A stretch of 64,000 nt of DNA, from NCBI GenBank assembly GCA_965247115.1, contig CBDFGR010000003.1, forward strand, positions 704,001-768,000, read 5' to 3'. This DNA is from Myxococcota bacterium (GTDB taxonomy: Bacteria; Myxococcota_A; UBA9160; SZUA-336). The notes below the pieces were generated by a model that saw nothing but the letters and a program-made list of their open reading frames with translations, was not told where the DNA came from and did no database searches. This document shows, piece by piece, positions 55,057 to 64,000 of this stretch (position 1 is its first letter; every line of letters starts with the position of its first letter). Made by a program: the position numbers and the translations under genes.

Positions 55057-56184
55057 ATGCGAGGGAGCTTGCGCAGGCCGTCCGCCGTGGTCTTGGGACT
55101 GGCATTCGGGACGCTGCTCGCCTGTGCACCCAGCACCGAACCCCGCTCCCAAGAACCCATGCCAGCACCGGTTGCCCCACCGCAGCCCCCGGCACGTTCC
55201 GAGCGCCCCGCTTTGTCTGCCGTGTTCGAGAGCGAGCGGACGCTCCGGCTCGAGCTCGAGGCCCCGCTCGCGTCAGTGTGACGCCAGCGGCGGGGCGAGC
55301 GGAGCTATCTACCGGCAAGGCTCATCTACGAGAACGAGGAAGGCCGGCCCGTTGCCGTCAATACGGCGGTCAGACTGCGGGGCAAGTCCAGGGCGACCAG
55401 TGGAGATTGCAGCTTCCCGCTGCTGGACCTGCGCTTCTCCCCCGAAGTGAGCGCGAAGACCATCTTCGCAGATCTGCCGCTCCTCAGGATGATCACCCAC
55501 TGCCGCGCTTCTACTGCGTCCCAGCAGCACGTTCTGCTGGAGTATCTCGCGTTCAGGAGCTTCGTCGTGCTCACGGGTCTGAGCTATCGCGTACGGTTGG
55601 CGCGCGTACGCTACACGGACTCCGAGCGCGAGAGGGACCCACTCACACGCTACGCGTTCTTCACCGAGCCGGAAGGAGAGATGGCCGCACGCAACGGCTG
55701 GGAGACCCTCTCGCTGCGAGGAGTATCTCGCTCGCAGCTCGAGCTCAACCAGCTGAGCCTCGTCGAAGTCTTCCAGTACATGATCGGAAACACGGATTGG
55801 TCTGCCATTGGCGCGCCGTCCGACGAGCACTGCTGCCACAACATGCAGCTGATCGGCGGTCCCGGGTTCGCCGTCATCCCGGTGCCCTACGACTTCGACC
55901 AGACGGGTCTCGTCGACCCGCCCTACGCGACGCCCACCCCGGCTCTCGGCATTACCAGCGTCCGCACGAGGGTCTATCGGGGCATCTGCAAGCATCCGGG
56001 GTACATGGATCGGACACTCGACGTTTTCCTGGCGAAGAGAGCCGCTCTCTACGCGCTATACCGGCAGCAAGAGGGGCTCGAGGAAAGACGGCGGAACAAG
56101 GCGATCGACTACCTCGATGCGTTCTACGAGACGCTTGACGATCCGGACCAGGTGCGGCGAAAGCTCAGCGAGCAGTGTCGCTGA
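55057..56184 (+). pseudogene. Lipoprotein with CotH-like atypical kinase motifs, interrupted by in-frame TGA at 55279-55281
   Basis: ORFs 55057-55281 and 55447-56184 share one frame separated by a single stop. Lipobox LLAC, LRGKSR, EYLAFR, MIGNTDW, HNMQL, PVPYDFD. Confidence 0.7.
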
Positions 56185-56766
56185 TCACTGCGCCGCGGTA
56201 TTGCTGTACGGGAAGGGGTCGAGGATCGCACCCACCGCCTCGTTGATGGTGGCCTCGCGCTTCGCCTGGTCCGTCTGTGAGCTCAGGCGTTTCGAGGCCC
56301 AGCCGTGCCAGACCGCCTGCTTGGAAGCAACGTCGAAGAAGTCGATCGCGAGGGTCCCCTCCGTGTAGCTCCGGGCGGTGGTCTGCATCCCCCCACCCCA
56401 GGCGCCGTAGCGTCCGGAGCGATAGCCACCGGCAGGGGAGGAATCGATCTGGATCTTGTCTTGCGTTCCGATCGAGAACGAGACCACGAGACTTGCCGAC
56501 TGCGGGTTCGCGGCCATGCGATAGCCCTTCGCGAAAAGCTCCCGCTCTACGGCCCGACGCAGCGTGGACTCCATCACGCCACTGATCCTGGGATTCCGGC
56601 CCGAGGCTACACCCGGGGTCGGGCGGAGCAGTGGGTCGGACGTGATCCAGGCAAAGCTCGAGTAGGAGGCGAAGGGAGCACCGCGGTCGAACTCGTGGTG
56701 TCCCTGGATGGTCGTCTGACAACCAGCGAGAGCGAGAGCTGCCACCACAAGAATGAGGTGTTTCAT
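56185..56766 (-). CDS. DUF4136 lipoprotein
   Basis: LAGC, FASYSSFAW, YTEGTLAIDFFD..KQAVWHG, ILDPFP. Confidence 0.85.
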   Translation of the reverse strand: MKHLILVVAALALAGCQTTIQGHHEFDRGAPFASYSSFAWITSDPLLRPTPGVASGRNPRISGVMESTLRRAVERELFAKGYRMAANPQSASLVVSFSIGTQDKIQIDSSPAGGYRSGRYGAWGGGMQTTARSYTEGTLAIDFFDVASKQAVWHGWASKRLSSQTDQAKREATINEAVGAILDPFPYSNTAAQ

Positions 56767-56909
56767 GTCCATCTCCAAGAAGGAATATGGATCCCATTCT
56801 CCGGGGAACAGGTTGACGGCGTCAAGCCGAGCATCCGCGCTGCTCCACTCGCCGGTCGCGAACTCGCTGCGAGCATGAGATACTCGATCCACTACCGGAG
56901 GAGAGCTAC

Positions 56910-57599
56910 GTGCGTACGTTCTGCATCGCCGCAATCGTCCTGCTGGTCGCTGCGTGTGCAACACCCCCGCCTAAGCCGGCTGCCCCCGAGGCTCCGCCTC
57001 CCCGCGAGCTCGTCGAGTTCGAATTCCACGGCGTGGTGGAAACGGTGGATTCTTCAAGTGCGCCGATGCGGGCGGCCATCGCTCCGGGCGACGAGATCGT
57101 GGGAGCCTTTCGCTGGTCCCGCGACACCCGCGCGATCGTGGGGGGCTCGCCAGAGCTCACCGTCTACCTGGTCAGCGGCGAGGACGTGGGACAGGAGCTC
57201 CGGATCGGCAACCTCGAGCTGTGCTCGTACGCGCAGAGGCCGAGCTCGACCGCTACCGTGCGGCGCAACGACCCTGAGGATGGCGATCGGCTGATCGTGG
57301 CGCAGGACTGCGTCCAGCCACCTGAGATCGATGCGGGCTCGAACTACGTCGAAGGCATCATCGCACTCGAGTTCACCAGCCCCACGCCGGGCACATCGCT
57401 CGACTTGCTTGCCGGTGAGCTCAGCTTCGATCAGCTCGAGTCGGCAGAGGTCACGATCGCCGCCTACCCCACCGAACGCGCCGTGCCCAGCGTCCCGCTC
57501 ATCTCGTTGCGCACAGAGAAGGAGCTTTACCGGATCCGCGGGCGCCTCGACTCGCTGACCAGGGTTGGCGCGCCACCCGTCAGCGCGCCCGGACCGTGA
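56910..57599 (+). CDS. Hypothetical lipoprotein
   Basis: SD GGAGG, lipobox VAAC, Pro-rich linker. Confidence 0.6.
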   Translation: MRTFCIAAIVLLVAACATPPPKPAAPEAPPPRELVEFEFHGVVETVDSSSAPMRAAIAPGDEIVGAFRWSRDTRAIVGGSPELTVYLVSGEDVGQELRIGNLELCSYAQRPSSTATVRRNDPEDGDRLIVAQDCVQPPEIDAGSNYVEGIIALEFTSPTPGTSLDLLAGELSFDQLESAEVTIAAYPTERAVPSVPLISLRTEKELYRIRGRLDSLTRVGAPPVSAPGP

Positions 57600-57676
57600 T
57601 CGGCGCTTCGGCGGCGGCTGCTCCCACGAGCGTCTAGAATACGGGCTTCGAGCAGTTGGCAAGCTTCGGGATAGCC

Positions 57677-58660
57677 ATGCGATTCGTCGAGGGTCTCCTC
57701 CAACCCACCCAGCGCGCAGGAAAGCTCGCCCGCGCCGCGGGCATGCTCGTCTGCCTGGCCATCCTGGGCCCCGGCCCCGGCCTCGCCGACGACGTCGACG
57801 AAGACACCCAGCTGCAGGGCGTGCAGCCGTCGGAGGGCAGCCCGGTGCTGACCGACCCAGCGACGCTGTGGGACATGGAGGACGCCGAGCTACAGGTCGA
57901 GCTCGAGGCGGCGCTGGAGCGCCTTGGCCTCACGCGGGCCGCACGCAAGGGCCAGCTCTGCGTCGCCCTCGTCGACATCAACCAGCGGGAGCGGCCGAGG
58001 GTGGCCGCCGTCAACGGCGACACCATGATGTACGCGGCCAGCTTGCCAAAGATCGCAGTCTTGCTGGCGGCGTTCGAGCAGGTCGCACAGGGCGAGCTGG
58101 CCCTCGACAGCGGTACCCAGACCTCGCTCGAGCAGATGATCCGCCGCTCATCGAACAGCGCCGCCACGCAGATCATCCATCTCGTGGGCAAGGAGAACAT
58201 CGCCAGGATCCTCTCTTCGCCGCGCTACCGCCTCTACGACCCGGAGCACAACGGAGGACTCTGGGTCGGCAAGGACTACGCCAAGGGCGGTCTCTGGCGA
58301 CGCGACCCGCTCGCCAACCTGTCGCACGGTGCTACGGCCATGCAGGTCGCCCGCTTTTACTACTTGTTGGAGACCGGCCAGCTCGTGAGCCCGGAACACA
58401 GCGAGAATATGAAGGCGATCCTGGCCAACACACAGCTGCGACACAAGTTCGCCAGGGCGCTGCTCGAGGTCGACCCGGATGCCACTCTGTACCGCAAGTC
58501 CGGGTCCTGGCGCACCTACCACTCCGACAGCGCGCTCGTGGAAGACGTCGACCGCACCTACATTGCCGTGGCACTCATCAACCACCCTGACGGCGGCAAG
58601 TGGCTGATCGAGATCGCCAAGGCACTCGACGCGATCATGATGCGGCGAACGCTGGGCTAA
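57677..58660 (+). CDS. Exported serine hydrolase, class A beta-lactamase/PBP-like fold
   Basis: SxxK (ASLPK), SSN and KSG motifs; signal peptide. Confidence 0.8.
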   Translation: MRFVEGLLQPTQRAGKLARAAGMLVCLAILGPGPGLADDVDEDTQLQGVQPSEGSPVLTDPATLWDMEDAELQVELEAALERLGLTRAARKGQLCVALVDINQRERPRVAAVNGDTMMYAASLPKIAVLLAAFEQVAQGELALDSGTQTSLEQMIRRSSNSAATQIIHLVGKENIARILSSPRYRLYDPEHNGGLWVGKDYAKGGLWRRDPLANLSHGATAMQVARFYYLLETGQLVSPEHSENMKAILANTQLRHKFARALLEVDPDATLYRKSGSWRTYHSDSALVEDVDRTYIAVALINHPDGGKWLIEIAKALDAIMMRRTLG

Positions 58661-58667
58661 CGGCGAG

Positions 58668-58985
58668 CTAATCAGCCCCGGGGCCACTCGGGGCCCCGAC
58701 CGCGCTCGGGGCCGTCAGGGGGTGCTGCGACCGGACGATCTGGTGGATGCGCGCCGCCAGCGCGCGGTGCTCATGAACCGAGTTCTTGCGTAGCACGTTC
58801 GAGAGCACCGCCACCAGGTAGTGGAGCTCCCGGCCGTTCTCCTCGGTCTCGATGATCGCCACGGAGTTCATGAAGTTCAAGCGGTTCCCAGCGTTCCGCT
58901 GACACGTGAAGCCCGGCTCTGGCCGGCACGAGTAGAGCGAACCGGATTTGAAGAAGACCGCCGCGTTGTGGAGAGCGGGGGAGGA
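58668..58985 (-). pseudogene. C-terminal remnant of a KSG-motif (beta-lactamase-fold-like) protein
   Basis: SSPALHNAAVFFKSGSLYSC...MNSVAIIE...LSNVLRKNS; no coherent N-terminal part upstream. Confidence 0.6.
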
Positions 58986-59326
58986 TCTCTCTCGACCAGC
59001 CCATCGTACAGGAACTCCATCTTCTGGCGCATGCGCCGGCGTACCACGAGGTCGTCGCGGTCAAGGCCCAGGGCCAGCGCCTCGCGGTAGAGCACCTCTT
59101 CGGTCACGTAGTCGTCGATCAGGCCCTGGAGTTCGGACTCCGTCGGGGATCGCATCCAGGTGCGCTCGAAGGACCTGCCGAGCATGTCGACGCGCTGCTC
59201 GCTCACGACGATCCGGCCCGGGCGCTCGGATTCGGGTCCGGCCACCCAGCCGTACACGAGGAAGAGGACCGCACCGCCCAGCAGGAAGTGGACGAGCGGC
59301 TCTCGAAGCAGACCCCTCACCCTCAC
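58986..59326 (-). pseudogene. N-terminal fragment of a PpiC-type peptidyl-prolyl isomerase family protein
   Basis: LREPLVHFLLGG, EEVLYREALALGLDRDD.VVRRRMRQKMEFL, then an abrupt loss of similarity; coupled to the DUF3604 stop. Confidence 0.75.
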
Positions 59327-61227
59327 CTCCTGGGCGAATACCAGATCGGTGAAGTATATGCGCGGTCCTGAACAGTCATCCTTACCGCTTCTTGCATCTC
59401 GATGCCGAAGCGCTTTGCATCGTAAGCGGTCCATCGCGGAGTTGGGATCTCGATCACCCGAACGTAGTAGAAGGCGCGCTCAGCGGCATCGAATTCCGGA
59501 TCTCTCCAGTAGGCCATCAGGAGGGCATCGCCGATGGAGTTCGTGTAGTCGGCGTTGGCCACATCAACAGTACTTCCAACCGGTGCCTTGCAGCGGCCAT
59601 CGGCGCCGATGACACGCCCGTCGGAAACCGCAACATCATAAACGCGCTCGCGTGTTCGCCCCCTGGCGTCCAGCCAGCCCTTGATGATCTGGATGCGGTC
59701 GAGGTTGGCGCCGTCGGGATCGCGCAGCGCACGTACCATAAAGGCCGGTCCCTTACCCGCGGGGGGCTGGCGAAGGTCGCCGCCCATGGGTACCCCGCGT
59801 TTGTAGCCCTGCTCAGCAAAATCCGGGCGTTCTACTTCATCTGCCTCGAAATTCCATCCGGCAAATACGCGTACAGTGATGCGGCTGCCGGTAGTGGCGT
59901 AAACTTCCTTACGAGCCATGGCATCAAACAAGGATTCTCGAGTGTTTTCGTCCGCCCAAACACCGGTGAGACCGGAAGCGCTTGTCTCCCATGAAGAGAC
60001 TGCGGGTGTTCCGTCCGCTTTTATCACCATGGCTTCCTGGGTACGCTCTGGACCCGGTAGCAGGTTGGGCAGTTTTCCAAAATAGTTTTCTTCTCTGGTT
60101 GTTGACAGGCTGACGTGGCTGTCGGTGCCTCCGACCATGCCGAACTTGAAAGGATTGACCCCCAGCCTGTCCTGATGTTTCAATCCCCATCGAAGAACGG
60201 AGCGAGCGTATTCAAACTGCAGCATGTTGTCCTGCTTCGGCGTCATTGGCGAACCGGCGTTTCCGAAATCCCAGGTCTCAAAATCTGCAAACTCATCCTC
60301 GGTGGATATGAACGGATGAGCCTCGCCATCTCCCTTCGCTTGCGTGACTTCAAGCAAGGGTTCCCACAAAGCACGCTTCTCGGCATATCCCCGAGTAAGT
60401 CGTCTGCCGTTGCTCATGGTCTCTGCAAACATCACACCGTTGCTGATGTTGGCGTTGTGGGGAATCGCCAGTACCTGCCCACCAGTCTTTTCTTCGTAGC
60501 TGGCCAAAAACTCCCAGAGTCGCTCAGGCTCGTCGCTATCAAATGCCGAGAATGGAACAATTTGCTTTACGCGCTCCGGCCCGTCACGAAAAATCACAAC
60601 GCGGTGCAGGTTGTTGCCGGTAGGAGCGGATGTCCACTCGTAGCCATTGATAGCAGTGAATGTCCCCGGCTCATTGTACTTGGAAGCAATATCCACCACG
60701 CTTTCCCAAACACTCCGAGTGACTTTGGGATCTTCGAAGCGTGGCTTCCCTATGTCGAAGTCCTTCATCATGCTGACGACAAACAGCCAGGCTTTTTCCC
60801 CACCGGCGGCGTAACCTTCGACCATCTCCCTTCCGCCTTGGGTGGCCATCAGACGGGGATCGGCACTGGTTATCAAATCAGTAAACCCAAGGTATGCGGC
60901 GTGATCGGAGACCACCAGAAAGTCCAGCGGTCGAATCAGCTTGGCTCTCACTTCATTGGTCGCAACGACCTCCTCGCCTCGGGCGAATCGGAACGACTCC
61001 TCCGGCCCAAGTGTGTTTCCGAACATGCCGGAGTCGAAGGAATAGGACGAGTGGTGGTGTGTATCCCCCAAGTACACCCGTTGCGGGAAATGCCGTTCGA
61101 CGTAGGGTGAATATGCCGGTTTTCTCTCCCGCCTCTGTTCTTGCTGGGGCGTCCACTCCTGAGCCATCACGGAATTGGGCGCGATGAAAATGAGCCATAT
61201 AGCAGCGGCTATCGATCTAGGTTTCAC
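59323..61227 (-). CDS. DUF3604 domain protein (exported, PHP-like metal-binding motifs)
   Basis: GDTHHHSSYSFD, LDFLVVSDH, GYEWTS, NLHRVVIF, IPHNANISNG, GGTDSH, EVYATTG, RAYTSPIWY. Confidence 0.9.
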   Translation of the reverse strand: MKPRSIAAAIWLIFIAPNSVMAQEWTPQQEQRRERKPAYSPYVERHFPQRVYLGDTHHHSSYSFDSGMFGNTLGPEESFRFARGEEVVATNEVRAKLIRPLDFLVVSDHAAYLGFTDLITSADPRLMATQGGREMVEGYAAGGEKAWLFVVSMMKDFDIGKPRFEDPKVTRSVWESVVDIASKYNEPGTFTAINGYEWTSAPTGNNLHRVVIFRDGPERVKQIVPFSAFDSDEPERLWEFLASYEEKTGGQVLAIPHNANISNGVMFAETMSNGRRLTRGYAEKRALWEPLLEVTQAKGDGEAHPFISTEDEFADFETWDFGNAGSPMTPKQDNMLQFEYARSVLRWGLKHQDRLGVNPFKFGMVGGTDSHVSLSTTREENYFGKLPNLLPGPERTQEAMVIKADGTPAVSSWETSASGLTGVWADENTRESLFDAMARKEVYATTGSRITVRVFAGWNFEADEVERPDFAEQGYKRGVPMGGDLRQPPAGKGPAFMVRALRDPDGANLDRIQIIKGWLDARGRTRERVYDVAVSDGRVIGADGRCKAPVGSTVDVANADYTNSIGDALLMAYWRDPEFDAAERAFYYVRVIEIPTPRWTAYDAKRFGIEMQEAVRMTVQDRAYTSPIWYSPRR

Positions 61228-61434
61228 ACTTTCCTCCGTATCAATAAGAGATATGCGGGCAATTCAGCTGCGAGATGGCCTGGGCCCCTACGATCGAGCA
61301 CGAGAGACTGACTTCTGTAACGGTGGAAGGCGGTCTTCGGCTACGCCCTACTCGACCCCGAGCTGCAGCGGGTTTGAGCCGGATGTCCGTCTCGATGGCC
61401 TCACGATCGGATTCGAGCAGCGCTTCTGAGTGAC

Positions 61435-61758
61435 TTACGGCCACAGGCCACACTTTTGCTTGATCTCTACGATCTTAGAGTCGAGGTCCTCATTGTAGTT
61501 TCCGCTCACGACGCGGGCCCGATTGCCGTAATCGCCGCCAAGAATACCCACTACGGCCGCAACCGGAACGATCATCCGTACCCCCGAAGCCACCTGCTTC
61601 CCAACAGACGCCTTCTCAGCCTCAAGTGTTGCGATATCGTTCTCAGCCGTTTCGCAGTTGACAGGTTCAGCGAGATCCGCCTTCGCTTCATCCGAGATCG
61701 TACGACACCCTGCGACGAGACCAAGACAGAGCACAAACGGAAACAGCACCTTTGACAC
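61435..61758 (-). CDS. Small lipoprotein
   Basis: SD AAGGAG, lipobox VAGC, PVNC..AE.DIATLEAEK, C-terminal IKQKCGL. Confidence 0.7.
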   Translation of the reverse strand: MSKVLFPFVLCLGLVAGCRTISDEAKADLAEPVNCETAENDIATLEAEKASVGKQVASGVRMIVPVAAVVGILGGDYGNRARVVSGNYNEDLDSKIVEIKQKCGLWP

Positions 61759-62279
61759 GGTGAACTCCTTCTCTGAGACGTGGCCGTAGTGGTCGCCTCC
61801 GGCCCATGGACGAGATGAGAGGGTGCAAGCCCCTCCTGTGTGAGAAACGGGTGCCGATTTTACGCGGACTTCTCGGGTTCTGACAATGTGCCTGGGGCAC
61901 GAGGCGATCGTCGCGAACGCGCGCCGCGTTCGGCTCATCGCGGAGAACGACTAGAAATTTACTGGGTTAATGCGGAGCTGCTCGCGCTTTCTCGGGAGGC
62001 CCGTGCGGGCCCGGACGCAGCTGGTGAACCAGCTGCGGGACTGCCGGGAAGCGGAGGCCCTCACGTTCCTGGCGTTCCGGTGACCTGCGTCCCGTCGGGT
62101 CGGCGAGCATGTGTTGGTCCAGGTCGCATTCTCCACGTCCACGGTGTCCCGTCGCGGGTGCAGCGATCGTTAGCGTCGCGAAACGCATGCTAGCGGTCCT
62201 GGGCCGTCTCCTCCCATATTTCTGGTGCCGACCAAGCGATTGCGCGGTAGCCGAGCAGCTCAGGTCAAGACTCCGCGGG

Positions 62280-62432
62280 CTGTTTCAAGCGCTCGCTGCA
62301 AAGCTCGGAGTCCATCCTGCGGTGGTTGCCGGGCGAATTCGTCACGACTCGCGGAACTACCGAGTCCTCAACCAGCTGATTGGTGAGGGAGAGGTGAGGC
62401 GCCTCTTCCCAGATTGCAACTGGCTCACCTGA
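62280..62432 (+). pseudogene. C-terminal fragment of an HTH-ImmA/IrrE (HigA-type) antitoxin-like protein
   Basis: LAAKLGVHPAVVAGRIRHDSRNYRVLNQLIGEGEVRRLFP resembles the C-terminus of this family; the upstream part is missing. Confidence 0.55.
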
Positions 62433-62439
62433 GGTTCTC

Positions 62440-63215
62440 GTGATCGAAAAGATCGGGTACATCCCAATCCTGAAGTCCCGAGAGGGGAGAATTCCGTGCG
62501 CTCCGCTCAATCGGACTGAGGAACCGATCGCACCCTCTTCCGCTGATCGACCTAGTACCACCACCCTGGGACTTCGAGGCGGAAGCACCGACTCGATCAA
62601 TGGACGAGCACGCTGCTCTGATCGCGCCTCGTCTATGGAAGTTCTGGGGCCCCGACACGCCCCTACTGATCGACTCGCAGAAACCTCTCGCTGAGAGCGT
62701 ACTCAACAGCCTGCGCAAGCTCCCTTGGATAAGAGACTGGCGCTCTCTGGTCCTCTCCGGCTCAGCGTTCCCTGAGAATCTTGCGAGCTTGCCTCCCGAC
62801 AGCACGTCCACAATACCCCGCGTTGAGTGGACCCTGGGAAAGATGATTCACTCGAGACGGCGAGCACTCGTAAGGTGTCCGACCTTCGGAGATTATGGGG
62901 TCGCACATCCGATTCCAGTAGAGATCGATCCGCTCGGTATGAATGAGCGCGAATCTCCGATACACGCGCGACAATTCGGGACCGTGCTCCGGGCACGGAA
63001 CGTGCCGGAATTCGGGACTGGCCAGTTCACTAGGCTCTGCCGAGCTCGTGTCGAGTGAGAACTACTGTGGAGTCGACTTCTCCGCCGACGACGGCCGAAT
63101 TGAGCAGTGCGCGAAGGGAATCGTTGGCCCAGGAGTGCCACGACCTGGCGCGAGATAGGGACATCGCACCACATCCGCTTTGTGCTGAACCAGCTCTACG
63201 CCTACCTCCTGCGCA
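62440..63215 (+). pseudogene. Degraded beta-family protein (T4 beta-like)
   Basis: Across several frames: YIPILKSREG, PLIDL, WRSLVLSGSAFP, IPRVEW, FGDYGVAHP, ANLRYT, YCGVDFS, SATTWREIGTSHHI. At least four frameshifts and an apparent internal deletion. Confidence 0.7.
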
Positions 63216-63496
63216 CACGATCTGAAGAGTCGGCACTGAGTCGCCCCCTAGCGCAAAGGATCAGCCCCGGAGAATCTCTTCAGTTCTGGTTGAAGGCGCG
63301 GGAAACGAGCTCGCTTCCGGATCGCCGGCGACCCCTCGCTATCAGTGGATCACTAGCCCCAGGAATCGCCGCAGAGGTCCAGCGTGACTCTATCGCTGGT
63401 GACGTCCGGGGTTTGCTGGAAACAAAGGGGGGATGCAACCTCGCGTGAATCAAACAAAACCCGCCGGACCTTCCGGCCACGCGAGGAGACATCCCC

Positions 63497-64000
63497 TTGG
63501 CAACGAGAGTACTGAGCAGCGAGAGGACGAGCCAGAAGATCCGTGAGCTGATCCAGGAGCTGGAGGAAGGAGACGGCCTGGAGGGGCTGCTCCAGCTCGC
63601 GATGCGCAAGATCATCGAGGAGGCGCTGGAAGCCGAGGTCAGCGATGTCCTGGGCCGAGGCCACTACGCGCGGCGACGCGAGGGGCAAAAGGGCTACCGC
63701 AATGGATCGCGACCGGCGCGGGTGAAGAGCGCCGAAGGTCCGATCGAGTACCGGGCTCCGCAGGTGAGCGACACCGACGAACCCTTCCGTTCCGGGATCC
63801 GTCCCGAACTCGAGAAGCGGACGCGCGCCCTGGAAGAGCTGGCGGTGGAGATGTACGCGAGAGGACTCTCGACCCGCGACATCGAGGCCACCTTTCGAGG
63901 CGAGGACGGACGGTCCTTGCTTTCGCGGACAGCCGTGAGTGAGGTCACGGAGCAGCTCTGGGAAGAGTACGAGGCCTTTGCGACCCGGGACCTCTCCGAG
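63497..64000 (+). mobile_element. IS256-family transposase, 5' part (runs off the window)
   Basis: Not in the ORF track. TTG after SD GAGGAG; IIEEALEAEV..LGR..Y.R, GYRNG, EMYARGLSTRDIE, LSRTAVSEV. Left end probably near 63400. Confidence 0.9.

Noticed and set aside
55279..55330. Selenocysteine recoding of the in-frame TGA
   Set aside because: No convincing SECIS-like hairpin follows, the context is not a redox Cys motif, and SBP56/MtoX does not imply Sec machinery.
57677..58660. Bona fide class A beta-lactamase resistance gene
   Set aside because: No recognisable Glu166 omega-loop motif; only the general fold is supported.
61819..61837. tRNA T-arm or group II intron-like hairpin gagggtgcaagcccctc
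   Set aside because: Isolated 5-bp stem with no cloverleaf, intron domain V or RT gene.
61835..61860. Sigma-54 promoter for the small lipoprotein
   Set aside because: GGCAC is present on the minus strand but the -12 GC is not at the required spacing.
61990..62045. IS110 transposase remnant (VRARTQLVNQLR)
   Set aside because: Only about 12 residues resemble the family, with no catalytic motifs or element ends.
1..64000. CRISPR array, rRNA, tRNA, prophage or integron
   Set aside because: No regularly spaced repeats, RNA gene signatures, phage structural genes or integrase seen by eye; short RNAs could have been missed.

Overview
GC-rich bacterial chromosome segment. Gene content (HldD LPS epimerase, OprO/P porin, many family-III CoA transferases, amidohydrolase, PhyH, tandem DAGK) suggests an uncultured diderm of Myxococcota/Binatia type; this is inference only. 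I found no rRNA, tRNA or CRISPR array. In order, the window holds: a 5'-truncated cyclase-kinase-TM-WD40 protein; an acyl-CoA catabolic region; a MerR-family metal operon with a clear operator; an octaheme-TPR cytochrome divergent from a methanethiol oxidase (mtoX) and SCO-MauG fusion; hldD; two Hsp20 genes; M20 hydrolase, sulfatase and GH20; a BMP-type ABC importer ending in a threonine-synthase-like gene; a biliverdin-reductase-like gene; trpS; a divergent exported phosphatase/atypical-kinase lipoprotein pair near a phosphate-type porin; a deletion junction; DUF3604; a decayed antitoxin/beta-protein locus; and the start of an IS256 transposase. The best candidates for undescribed biology are the exported kinase-phosphatase pair (53.5-56.2 kb), the mtoX locus with its atypical MauG/SCO motifs and octaheme neighbour, and the cyclase-kinase-WD40 protein. 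Several genes carry in-frame stops or frameshifts that may be real decay or assembly errors. All calls come from motif recognition by eye; no searches were run.
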